The notes: a model not told the origin generated them from the letters alone. A stretch of 64,000 nucleotides of DNA from Prorocentrum cordatum (GCA_963575745.1 CAUYUJ010000225.1:1054001-1118000); one strand, 5' to 3'; shown: positions 10,201-17,169, counted from the stretch's first letter. Numbers and translations: made by a program.

Positions 10201-10824
10201 CAGATTTTGAATGATGGATGACAGATTCTGGCATTTAGCCAAACACGGAGTGAATGCTGGAGCCGATCCAGACATTCCGCTTGGCGCTGGTACCGATCCA
10301 GCTGGCCACTGAGCTCCGGGCTCAAAGGCTGGGGCCAATCCAGCCGTAGCAGGGCTGCCAGGAGCAGCCGCGATGTTCTCGACCATCGCTAAGCATCCTG
10401 GTGGCTGTGGCTGCGGCGCGGCCGCCGCTGGGCCTCCCCAGGGATCTCCGCGGACCCACGGGTCCTCGCCGTCGGAATGGGCAGCTTTTCCGTGATCCAG
10501 CCTGCAAGCTACGGCCTGCGGCCTCCCGCGCCTGTCGTCCCAGTCAACCTCGTAGGTCACCTCCGCGCCGGCGGAGAGCGAGGGGCCCGTGACATTCGAC
10601 GCGTGGATGAAGATGTCCTTGCCGCCGTCGCTCGGGACAATGATGCCCCAGCGCTCCTTGTCGTTGTACTTCTTGACGCGGCCGCGCGCTCGCGCACACG
10701 CGCTCGCGCAGGGGCTCGGCGTCGGTGGCGCCCGCTGTCCTGCAGCTGGAGCGGCTGCTGCTGGCCAGGAAATGTGGCTGGCTGGCCAACAAGTCCCCAG
10801 GAGGGCGAAGATTGCTGCATCTGG
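1264..10824 (-). CDS. pol: Pol-type polyprotein frame of element A: cold-shock domain, protease, two DNMT-like modules, Zn fingers, integrase, RT, RNase H, CCHC
   Basis: The ORF track gives 3098 aa from GTG at 10560, but the frame stays open up to a TAG at 10827-10825. Motifs: LLIDPGAHDNL...ALLGM (PR); HIRLWH...CRIC with DLMF/SDHEG/VERHN (IN); RARLTARGF, LDVPKAFL, HVDD (RT); GDSAF, STFAAE, YVDA, ADALTK (RH). Confidence 0.95.
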   Translation of the reverse strand, partial: PDAAIFALLGTCWPASHISWPAAAAPAAGQRAPPTPSPCASACARARGRVKKYNDKERWGIIVPSDGGKDIFIHASNVTGPSLSAGAEVTYEVDWDDRRGRPQAVACRLDHGKAAHSDGEDPWVRGDPWGGPAAAAPQPQPPGCLAMVENIAAAPGSPATAGLAPAFEPGAQWPAGSVPAPSGMSGSAPAFTPCLAKCQNLSSIIQNLSHITPPQPPLQAEDARTRMRSDITPAGATSDMTPAGATSDMAPAGARQSEMTPGGTGGETLAQRGDAGLEPAPGTLASSVVTPQAAAYSASQMMAGSAPASESTSYLGHGIPMIGSSPSPSRPLLAQGTAGLAPASRPPIGHGFAGLVPAAPAGSAPASLATVAQSWQRPGSAPGPLVDHQPGWVPGAGVNQPGLVPGVGVNQPGLVPGVGLNQPGLVPGLSLAGCPAPGAGFAPQPPPQHDQPQRRRPNRGHDDHEDRTQQMHAISNILRPRAPQLHYPWGPRMVELDMSMNGGGGEAEYWHSRARLKGPDREGLLIDPGAHDNLTGDAWVRRVQAILKKHNMDVDEMNMDRSLTVEGVGAGPQDCNAKALVPMILETGDTGTYQSPVIPNSDVPALLGMKTLEQRRALIDISGQKLYFLGSGDYEIKLPPGSLTLNLEKTESGHLLLPITEFDSISTPTPKNTEHIQQQQSTSQFPVVQGGQMTTSPTTPCTGVSAAPACSGNAVGGPHRAEGRAGAPPGASKQVRFDDARELPTPCMMRPSGNAEPAVARRGAGGFSRGSAAESPHRTGGRAEASPGSREPLRAGHRHYDGHATTEQTKGLQNSTSNPNLHLHSSASESYLVYLYDDENGIRQSALRDERLRTHNVQMRRNYSHDHLRYQLMDIRSQEPDLLWMRLTGCKTPRGDRHDERQSRSMLTLINTQLDQGRHVLIEGNLRDYAWDLPGVMAMRSDKRLHHSQHLWCNYGVVDLDTNTPIHRNTLVLSSFPLPDRSVCKCTSPPPSSTTGRTRNSKDIMMLIGFIVNFVRTLLPSFRAASGRPGSYRSKEQGDVPESKTRVTTTIDESDVNDDSLDQIREAFPTDARERQKEQWDMKKKFAAEKGIKAARTRKPRPEAEQHFDDCGEDFGSITVDGKDYWNEERISEYHVQYLDRALVDQEEQDIADMVDPTWWLFGRSFFHSRAPDAAHFFSFDAMLMDFHTQQNDNEHVDIMEILGGEGRTTQCLVRRRFRHGFRAGANLDFATNCDLMNDDDVTAMWRYIRAAKPLVIVMAPPRKISQKFGRLCGDVAVHQLLSQRHFIREHFLGTSLNRVFPWPDVLAHPAVVRCSMHQCMTGLRDQRPPHHLIQKPTEFVASDERLIWRLRQLRCNGDHEHVTTTGGLPGPDQIWTWKLASTIAAGIADVIRDTYVDTITSHYPTSSGGSSGSMPGVAGAGVPAKDICKACGKNVSMLDPRHTRVPGVCRWADVAPWGTQCPGCMAGKPRHHESHLLDDRCRWSGAPERRGNPRLGAHPRDGRIRASEDPTSTMKAAPNLGAEEEADQAAEEEHRRLAAAQEAPAEGGPEPSAVGDAASAPAPVAPGAPRAPRVQKAEIGTQADSLPEEWSQWDLGRALPLLLSKSPGVVRRTLRKIHIRLWHCPAQRLRDLLTVAGAPSHVIDQVQGIVDTCRICRSWQDVAPRSIGSASICAHFNEEIQFDLMFWEALIVCHLLDKCVRFAAGGLIPNRETATILEAITNLWFRIFGVPLRITSDHEGALDSDEGRAWASRWGTNLVFKPKAAHAQMVERHNALLRDQLHLIKDQLTQDGTPAPNECILAEALLAKNVLTNIKGVSPYQAVFGRQMNLLLNFEPASATELEDDSEGTAGVSRHVARLRHAAVSTIAQATAADKISRSLQSKTREAGEKLDLKVGDCIDFFRDPPNKDTSGWRGPCVVTDLTGIPEGQIGFKWHGRHMTARIQDVRKALVLWCAFFLQHHAEAFSSPFEALSNFVESLDPGVIALGFLVDVKTDMWKMTTATRRFPAIARAAFSVASHLFGLTSCCAVRLARGVKHLTPLPCGGPSIIYWWVTGRRGEPHWLQHPSSRQLDLTKEVGNDWNRQNIVQFIMSTDTQDQVLDHMKQQSMMDEPSIDHQEGHHQEDHEPNIIIGTFPNPAPPARHDAPLAPPLVHATPSSTPSPESMGSSAPETPRGQVRQRSEGSSGNPSPMQAARQQDAVTSTRPGPGIRTDVDDDDDISSEEFGEVAENFVVDYASLPLDKSDEYLDMVASMASPPDATYFVSSGIGEHVPYSDEERNKALLEVDGIFLDHFMDSLGVSSIPDGHVAAWMVSGARKPQAVIERDLPLLSPAEMQEHRPEVNAAMLSELKEWIKLCNMRRRPRKGASNIADMRWVVKWKIIDKARAVRARLTARGFKDRLKDVMDTYSGTASRWGQRALTAVAAIHGHQLWMLDVPKAFLRGLTFKELSDKTGVPEMDMQLELPPGTVPLLRQIPGFESFDPVLEVLEPDKPVMGSTVAPRAFSLKLDEVLREAGLRPTQAQPLMYAKHETGQNTKKKVLVQAVSAHVDDLKGCDHTDGKHHRILLQVLERAFGPIKDRKYGIFECCGVMHTQNPHNHHDIECSQDHYLSQLRPIVHPALGTLKEEEQVPQDVHQQFMSLRGGVAWVTMCRADGLVFVGYLQRCSDANTAPRCRDVHDLNKLLKWLKKQKSCIKYHGIRGEPVLRIPGDSAFKAADPDCLALRGLLAGLGGTLDDSFLAIDFWSRKQTRVCRSTFAAEMHNLSEAAEEGMLLAGFFQEVFYGTASAAELSRRLEACEFDIKIVLYVDAMSVFAAIANESTKCPTEQQMLYEIKALKQHLLAGRVWELRWIDTRDMLADALTKGKVARDALLTALRTGAWKIVQKDKVKVFPTVRPQVQLFYPARVVAKEEQDDDMEPWTLRRVVRVAKRLDTPPRPGAREWREVMTVAYEKLNPDNVSRLDSLLRKYRDDEFTWLTALVEKYPEKRQKHMHEADLKRECDSDTDGEPANNRVRHWRHEEEKRKYDRDVDDKKNEHDTDLRELYNRLRARAAAKQEQAPEFVGTQPKSRPAQPRRVDAESGSDPLRLGPLGPTAAPKAGQATSGSVPLRPVVTAAPKAAPGPTASPWATRAAPKRPAPSDGSKPSGALQPGQCRVCGKLGHWGNECPTRAPWSNPSMHPKKKQRYM
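1328..1369 (-). other. C-terminal CCHC zinc knuckle of Pol
   Basis: CRVCGKLGHWGNEC fits CX2CX4HX4C. Confidence 0.9.
2230..2720 (-). other. RNase H domain (copia type)
   Basis: IPGDSAFK...WSRKQTRVCRSTFAAE...LYVDAMSVF...WIDTRDMLADALTK. Confidence 0.9.
2950..3810 (-). other. Reverse transcriptase domain (copia type)
   Basis: AMLSEL...RWVVKWK...RARLTARGF...LDVPKAFL...KPVMGSTVAPRAF...HVDD. Confidence 0.92.
4960..5985 (-). other. Integrase (HHCC plus DDE)
   Basis: LRKIHIRLWHC...CRICRSW; FNEEIQFDLMF; FGVPLRITSDHEG; AQMVERHN. Confidence 0.92.
6370..6540 (-). other. Two tandem CX2C-X10-H-X5/6-C putative zinc fingers
   Basis: CKACGKNVSMLDPRHTRVPGVCRW and CPGCMAGKPRHHESHLLDDRCRW; a homologous pair is present in element C. 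Confidence 0.7.
6650..7240 (-). other. C5 DNA-methyltransferase-like domain 2 (catalytic Cys absent in this copy)
   Basis: Motif I-like DIMEILGGEG, motif IV-like KPLVIVMAPP, motif VI-like HFIREH, then HQCMTG, KPTEF and CNGDHEH. Confidence 0.75.
7860..8340 (-). other. Highly diverged DNMT-like domain 1
   Basis: EPDLLWMRL...QLDQGRHVLIEGN..YAW...WCNYG...P...TLVLSS...CKC follows the motif order of domain 2 and is mirrored in element C. Confidence 0.5.
8850..9270 (-). other. Retroviral-type aspartic protease
   Basis: GLLIDPGAHDNL (D-x-G), VEGVGAG flap, VPALLGMKTL, HLLLPI. Confidence 0.85.
9541..9660 (-). repeat. In-frame 33-bp tandem repeat (about 4 copies, NQPGLVPGVGV)
   Basis: ACCTGGTACCAATCCAGGCTGATT recurs with a 33-nt period. 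Confidence 0.9.
10040..10140 (-). repeat. In-frame 27-bp tandem repeat (SDMTPAGAT, 3-4 copies)
   Basis: GCGCCGGCAGGTGTCATATCACTCGTC is repeated. Confidence 0.88.
10504..10683 (-). other. Cold-shock domain (CSD) in the pol frame
   Basis: Manual translation: GRVKKYNDKERWGIIVPSDGGKDIFIHASNVTGPSLSAGAEVTYEVDWDDRRGRPQAVAC, with RNP1-like RWGII, RNP2-like DIFIH and the C-terminal GRPQA strand. Confidence 0.92.
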
Positions 10825-12320
10825 CTATTCACAACCATGTGCTGCGCCTGCGTGAAGAACATGCCAAGGCTCGTGGTCGCCACTGGCTGGTGGTAGCCGC
10901 AGGCGCCCATGAACTGGCGCGCCGCGCAGCCTTCCGCCACACCACCAGAAATCATCCTCTGGATCTGCTGCGTCTGGTCCGTCTGGGGCGCGGCCGGCGC
11001 GGCACCGTCCGCGTAGTGGAACCGCGGGCGCTTCGGGCAGTGCGCCACCAAGTGTTCGTCGGAACCACACTGGTGGCATGTCAGAACCTTGCCGTCCTTT
11101 CCCGTGGGGTTCTTCTTGCCCCGGCCTTTCGCCTTGCCACCGAAGTAGGCCGAGTTGGAGCCAGCAGAACTGTGGTAGATGCCACCATGCTTGCCGAAAC
11201 CAAGGCCTTTGCCGGACTTGCCCTTTCCGGGCTGCTTGCCCCAAGACCGGCTCTTGCCCGAACCCTTGCGGGCAGGGCGTCGCGAGGCCCTCGCGTGCTT
11301 GCCCGTGAAGTGCCTCCACTTTCGGCGCGCAAGCACGTATGCTTGATGAAGCTCGTTGGCCTTCTGGTTGCTGTAATCCTGCTGGTCGTGGTCTGGTGGC
11401 GGCCCTTCCTCTGAGGTGGCGCTCGACGAGCCGTCGTCGTCTTCGTCGTATACGTACATGCCGCACGCCTCGCACTCCATGCCTGGGTGCGCGTCTGGCC
11501 AGCCGGTACCTGATCCGGCCATGGCCGGAGCAGCCGCGGCAGAACACGGGAAGAATCCGCCCGAAGCCGCGGCCCCTTGGGGAACGGACGGAGCACCGCC
11601 CCCCGGCTCGGCGAAGAAGCTCCCAAGGCCTCCGTCCGCGAAGTGCGCGCCCTGCTGGGGTGACTGGTTCATCACGCCCTCAAGCAAGTGGCCCTGGCGG
11701 CGGAGGTGTTCTTCCATCTGGATGAGCTCCTGTTCCTGCGTCGGCATGTTGCCGCCGAACGGCTGCAGCAGCAGCGTCCACATCTGTGGAGACACGTGGA
11801 GTGCCCGCAACAAATGGTATGCTGTGCCTGTAGGTCCAAGGTTCAAGTTGGCCTCCTCGTTCGCCCTGAACCGGGCCGTGGCGTAGCGGCACAGCGCAGC
11901 GTCGATCGTCTCGCCGCTCATACGCTGAAAGCCAAGATACGCTTGAGCTGCCTGTACGTTCTGCTCGTAGCCAAGCGGCAAGAACTTCTGAGACATCACA
12001 TATAGCACAATCGTCAAACCGGTCTGCATGACAGGGCCCCGGCCGTCCATCATGTCGATGGGGCCACCATTGGCCAAAACGTTCACGTCGATGGCCCGGA
12101 GGATATCGCGGACCGTGCCCGTCTGCTGTAGCACGACCGCCGGCGCCTGCTGGTTGATCGGGAGGTCTGTGACCATCGACCACAGCATCACATCTTGTAC
12201 CCATTTGCGGAAAGGGTACGTGGACGCCGTCCCCGGGTCCCATCTTGGAGGCACCTTCAGGCTGGTGCTGCCGTACACCGTCCCCGAAGGAGCAGCTGCA
12301 GTCGGCGGTGGTGCCGACAT
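10557..12320 (-). CDS. gag: Gag of element A with a CCHC knuckle
   Basis: 587-aa ORF just after the PBS; KVPPRWDP..YPFRKWVQDVMLW N-terminus, K/G-rich tract, and CHQCGSDEHLVAHC at about 11036-11078. Confidence 0.9.
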   Translation of the reverse strand: MSAPPPTAAAPSGTVYGSTSLKVPPRWDPGTASTYPFRKWVQDVMLWSMVTDLPINQQAPAVVLQQTGTVRDILRAIDVNVLANGGPIDMMDGRGPVMQTGLTIVLYVMSQKFLPLGYEQNVQAAQAYLGFQRMSGETIDAALCRYATARFRANEEANLNLGPTGTAYHLLRALHVSPQMWTLLLQPFGGNMPTQEQELIQMEEHLRRQGHLLEGVMNQSPQQGAHFADGGLGSFFAEPGGGAPSVPQGAAASGGFFPCSAAAAPAMAGSGTGWPDAHPGMECEACGMYVYDEDDDGSSSATSEEGPPPDHDQQDYSNQKANELHQAYVLARRKWRHFTGKHARASRRPARKGSGKSRSWGKQPGKGKSGKGLGFGKHGGIYHSSAGSNSAYFGGKAKGRGKKNPTGKDGKVLTCHQCGSDEHLVAHCPKRPRFHYADGAAPAAPQTDQTQQIQRMISGGVAEGCAARQFMGACGYHQPVATTSLGMFFTQAQHMVVNSQMQQSSPSWGLVGQPATFPGQQQPLQLQDSGRHRRRAPARARVRERAAASRSTTTRSAGASLSRATAARTSSSTRRMSRAPRSPPARR

Positions 12321-12396
12321 GTTGTTCTGCGGAGTGGCTGTACAGTGGTGCTCGCACGAAGGCGAGCGGTAGCGTCCAAGAAGCGAAGGATCTTAG

Positions 12397-12414
12397 TCCC
12401 CCGCTCCGCTACCA
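12397..12414 (-). promoter_or_regulatory. Primer-binding site (probably initiator tRNA-Met)
   Basis: Minus strand TGGTAGCGGAGCGGGGG starts 1 nt after the 5' LTR and is complementary to a tRNA ending CTCCGCTACCA. Confidence 0.85.
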
Positions 12415-12415
12415 A

Positions 12416-12567
12416 AGTTGAGAATAGGAATGGGATGTAGGAGAGATCTTTTCCAGTACGTGTGAAACAAAGCTTGATTCTCTGACTCGAGCCTAATGGT
12501 TACGGTGAGGGCTGGCCGCAACGCGCGCGTAGCAGAGGTCACCTGGCTGGGAATATACCTTTCGACT
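12416..12567 (-). repeat. 5' LTR of element A
   Basis: Identical to 975-1126 and followed by the PBS on the minus strand. Confidence 0.97.
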
Positions 12568-13061
12568 CACGCGCGCGGCGGGGGGGCCCACGGGAACACC
12601 TCGCCAATGTTCAGCAGGACGCCCGACGGGAGCTCGATCCTGGCCGGCGCCTCCGCGAGCGTCTGCCCGCGAGCCTCCATCGCAGCCCTGCACTCCTCCG
12701 CCAGCTCCACCAGCCGATTCAGCGTGAGCCTCTCTCTGAAGCCGTAGAGCTTACGGTCTCCCGCGGGAGGAGCGGCGCCGGCTGCCGGGCGCTCACCGCC
12801 AGAGGGGCCGTCGGCCGGGGAGGCTCCAGAGAGAAGCTCCTCCCACAGGTCCCCGTCCGGCGAGAGCACCCAGTACAGGTGCGAGTCGACAACCTCCCCG
12901 TCCTCCTCGCGCCTCGACGGCCAAACGACGACCCGCTCGTGATCCACGAGGTCGCCGAGGTAGCTCACCTTGGCGCGAGCCCCGCAGGGCAGGTCAGCGC
13001 ACCACGCCTCCCCCGCGGGCAACGGGGGCAGGGGTGCCCGGCGCCCGCGGCGGCCCAGCAT
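12568..13061 (-). pseudogene. 5' part of the gag-like ORF disrupted by element A
   Basis: VSYLGDLVDHERVVVWP...YWVLSPDGDLWEE...LYGFRE ends at the TSD and continues at 974 if one base is added in the C7 run. Confidence 0.5.
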
Positions 13062-13455
13062 GTCGTCGGAGGCCTGGGCGATTCGGGTTGCTGCAGCAAC
13101 GATCCGTCAACCAGAGCCACACTGGCGTGAGAAGACCCACGAGCACGTGCACCACCAGAGCTCTCAGCTCGTCGTCACCCTGCTGCTCCGGGCACACGCA
13201 GGGCTCGCAGTCCGCCAGCGGAGGCGGAGGGGGCGGCGGCGAGGCTGCCACGTCGAGCGCCGCCCGAGCTGCCGACTCGGCGTACAGGGCGGCGGAGGAG
13301 GCCGCCTCACAGGCCTCCGCGACCTCCTCGAGCCACGCTGGAGACACAGGCAGCGGCTCAGGCACCAGAGGCGGAGGAGACAGACGCCACCCTAGCCCCG
13401 CGAGCAGCGCCAAGCTCAAGGCCGGAAACACCGCAGCGGAACCTGGGGAAAGCAT
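12994..13455 (-). CDS. Small putative membrane protein (153 aa) overlapping the gag-like ORF start
   Basis: ATG start, hydrophobic N-terminus (AVFPALSLALLAGLGW), Pro tract, CEPCVC, second hydrophobic segment ALVVHVLVGLLTPVWLWL, basic tail. Confidence 0.45.
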   Translation of the reverse strand: MLSPGSAAVFPALSLALLAGLGWRLSPPPLVPEPLPVSPAWLEEVAEACEAASSAALYAESAARAALDVAASPPPPPPPLADCEPCVCPEQQGDDELRALVVHVLVGLLTPVWLWLTDRCCSNPNRPGLRRHAGPPRAPGTPAPVARGGGVVR

Positions 13456-13816
13456 GCGGTGATCCGCCCGTTCTGAGCCGAAGACAGGCTATGGAGAGAG
13501 GGGGAGAGGGGGCAGACCAGGGGGAGAGCGAAGTTCCGATGTTTAAACTCCTGGATCGTTTAGCAGGTCTGATTGTGGCTATACATCACCGAATTACAAA
13601 AGCCCAAGCTCAAACCGTTCAAGAACATATAGAGTGCAATATCCCCAAACAGGGTTTTTAAACCCACTGCGGTTTCCAAGGTCGATTCCGTGCACGTCCA
13701 GTGCGGGCTGACATGGCATGTTAGAACATGATGGCATGATGTTAGCACATGAGATGTTCGCACATGATAACATGGTGTCTACTCCCTCATCCACGTCGTC
13801 CTCCTCCTTCTCCCTT

Positions 13817-16800
13817 CCATCTCCTCCTCCTCCTCCTCCTTGTCCTCCACCTCCTCTTCATCCCGAACGGCATCTCGGAGCCCAGAGTTGCGAGGATGTC
13901 TCCAGAGTAACGGGCTGGACCACCTCGCGCGCGGCATCTCGGACCCCAGAGTTGCGACGATGTCTCGGGCGAAACGTGCTGCGAGGAAGTCTCAGGCGAA
14001 ACGTGCCGGACAACCTCGAGCGCGGCGTCTCAGAGCTCCCAGTTGCGGGGGCCTCCTGGGGCCTCCTGGGGACCTCCTGGGGCTTCCTCCTGGGCCTCCT
14101 GAGGCCTCCTGGACCCCACCTGGGGCTTCCTGAAGCCTCGTGGGCTCCCAGGGGGGGATATCTAACAGGTGGGCCTCTGGGCCCCCCAAAATGCGGGGGG
14201 GGGGGGGGGGCACAAGAGCAGGAAAAATCAACGAATCGACACCGGATGTGCATTGACTTGACACGTTCTGATAGGGGGCCTCCTGGGGCCTCCCTGGAGC
14301 CTCCTGGGATCTCCTGGGGACCCCTGGGGCCTGTCCTAGGCGTCCTGCGGCCTCCTGAAGCTCTCTGGCGCCTCCTGGGGCTCCAGGGTCCCAGGGGGGA
14401 TATGTAAGATGTGGTCTTCTGGGCCCCCAGGCTGGACCGCCTCTTGCGCGGCAGCTCAGAGCTCAGAATTGCGCGAATGTCTTGTGCGAAACGGGCCGGA
14501 CCACCTTGCGCACGGCATCTCAGAGCTCAGAGTTGCGAGGATGTCTCAGGCGAGACGGGCTGGACCACCTCGCGCAGGGCATCTCAGAGATCAGAGTTGC
14601 GAGGATGTCTCAGGCGAAACGGGCCGGACCACCTCTCGCGCGGCATCTCAGAGTTCAGAGTGTCGAGGATGTCTCAGGCGAAACGGGCCAGACCAACTCG
14701 CGCGCGGCATCTCAGAGCTGAGAGTTTCGAGGACATCTCAGACGAAACGTGCTGGACCACCTCGCGCAAGGCATCTCAGAGCTCAGAATTTCGAAGGTGT
14801 CTCAGGCGAAGAGACCCGGACCACCTCTCGCGTGGAGTCTCAGAGCCCAGAATTTCGAGGATGTCTCAAGCGAAAAACAGGCCGGACCACCTCTCGCGCG
14901 GCATCTCAGAGCTCAGAGTGTCGAGGATGTCTCAGGCGAAATGGGCTGGACTACCTCTTGCGCGGCAGCTCAGAACTCAGAGCTTCAAGGATGTCTCAAG
15001 CGAAACGGGCCGGACTACCTCGCAAGCGGCATCTCGGAGCCCAGAATTGTGAGGATGTCTCATGCGAAACGGGCCAGACCACCTCTCGCACGGCATCTCG
15101 GGGCTCAGAGTTTCGAGGATGTCTCAGGCGAAACGGGCCGAACCACCTCGCAAGCGTCATCTCGGAGCCCAGAGTTGCGAGGATGTCTCAGGCGAAACGG
15201 GCCGGACCACCTCTTGCACGGCACCTCGGGGCTCAGAGTTTCGAGGATGTCTCAAGCGAAACGGCCCGGACCACCTCTCGCGCTGCGTCCCGGAGCGCAA
15301 TTTGTCGAGGATGTCTCAGGCGAAACGGCCAATCCCGGCCAACTCAGAAACGCGAGTCGTGAGGATGTCTCAAGCGAAACGGCCCGGAACATAAGATTTG
15401 TGTGAGGATGTCTCTGCTCCCCTTTCCCTCGGCCGGAGTTAGCTCCTATCACAACAGCACCCCGTTCAGCAAGCCGTTTGGGGAAAAATCGTGACGTCGG
15501 ATGTCTGGGGAGGGCGGAAGGCAGTGCGCGCATAACGGATGCTGAGGCGGAAGAAACGACGACGGCGGGGACGGGGAGGCGGAGGCAGAGGCGCAGCAGC
15601 GGGAGGAGGGAGGCGGGAGGAGGGAGGGAAGAGGAGCCAGGCGGGAAGTGGGAAGCGGGAGGCGGGAGAAGGAATGAGAGAGGTTGTGATTGGAGCCCCT
15701 GTGCCACGAAACGTCTCAGGCAGAACAGGCCAGACCATCTCGCGCGCAACATCTTCGAGCCTCGCATTGCGAGGATGGCTCAATCGAAACGGGCCGGACC
15801 ACCTCGCGAGCGACATCTTGGAGCTCAGTATTGGAAGGATGTCTCAAACGAAACGGGCCGGACAATCTCTCGCACACGTTCTGACAAGTCCACGTCGCAC
15901 TCGCTTCCCGTCCTCTCCTGCAATGCCTGCTCCCTCATGCACATCATCCGTCACCATCCTCCTCCTCCTCCTCCTCCTCCTCCTCCTCTTCATCCCGAAC
16001 GGCATCTCGGAGCCTAGAGTTGCGAGGATGTCTCCAGCGTAACGGGCTGGACCACCTCGCGCGCGGCATCTCGGACCCCAGAGTTGCGACGATGTCTCGG
16101 GCGAAACGTGCAAGAGCAGGAAAAATCAACGAATCGACACCTGATGTGAATTAACTTGACACGTTCTGATAGGGGGCCTCCTGGGGCCTCCTGGGAGCCT
16201 CCTGGGAATCTCCTGGGGACCCCTGGGGCCTGTCCTAGGCGTCCTGCGGCCACCTGGAGGAGCTCTCTGGGGCCTCCTGGGGCTCCCAGGGTCCCAGGGA
16301 GGATATGTAACATGTGGTCTTCTGGGCCCTCAAGTTGGACCATTTTTTGCGCGGCATCTGGGAGCTCAGAGTTGCGAGAATGTCTTGTGCGAAACAGGCC
16401 GGACCACCTTGCGCACGGCACTCAGAGCTCAGAGTTGCGAGGATGTCTTAGGCGACGGGCTGGACCACCTCGCGCAGGGCATCTCAGAGCTCAGAAGTTC
16501 GAGGATGTCTCAGGCGGGCTCCCAGGGTCCCAGGGAGGATATGTCTTCTGGGCCCCCAGGCTGGACCACCTCTTGCGCGGCATCTGGGAGCTCAGAGTTG
16601 CGAGAATGTCTTGTGCGGAACAGGCCGGACCACCTTGCGCACGGCATCTCAGAGCTCAGAGTTGCGAGGATGTCTCAGGCGAGACGGGCTGGACCACCTC
16701 GCGCAGGGCATCTCAGAGCTCAGAAGTTCGAGGATGTCTCAGGCGAAACGGGCCGGACCACCTCTCGCGCGGCATCTCAGAGTTCAGAGTTTCGAGGATG

Positions 16801-17168
16801 TCTCAGGCGAAACGGGCCGAACCACCTCGCAAGCGTCATCTCAAAGTTCAGAGTTTCGAGGATGTCTCAGGCGAAACGGCCCGGACCACCTCTCGCACGG
16901 CGCCTCGGGGCTCAGAGTTTCGAGGATGTCTCAAGCGAAACGGCCTGGACCACCTCTCGCGCGGCGTCCCGGAGCGCAACTTTTCGAGGATGTCTCGGGC
17001 GAAACGGCCTGTCCCGGCCAACTCAGAAACAAGAGTTGTGAGGATGTCTCAAGCGAAACGGCCCGGACCATCAAATTTTGTGAGGATGTCTCTGCTTCCC
17101 CTTCCCTCGGCCGGAGTTAGCTTCTATCACAACAGCACCCCGTTCAGCAAGCTGTTTGGGGAAAAATG
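13817..17168. repeat. Duplicated block (about 13817-15489 and 15954-17168), each copy containing a 64-bp satellite array
   Basis: GAGGATGTCTCAGGCGAAACGGGCCGGACCACCTC unit at 14537, 14601, 14665 and onward. Both blocks share the start ((CCT)n-CTTCATCCCGAACGG) and the end (GTTTGGGGAAAAAT). Confidence 0.9.
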
Positions 17169-17169
17169 C

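Larger units (their letters stand above)
975..12567 (-). mobile_element. Full-length Ty1/copia-order LTR retrotransposon (element A), 11,593 bp
   Basis: Two identical 152-bp direct repeats (975-1126, 12416-12567), 5-bp TSD CACGC (970-974, 12568-12572), PBS, PPT, and gag plus pol in PR-IN-RT-RH (copia) order. Confidence 0.97.
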
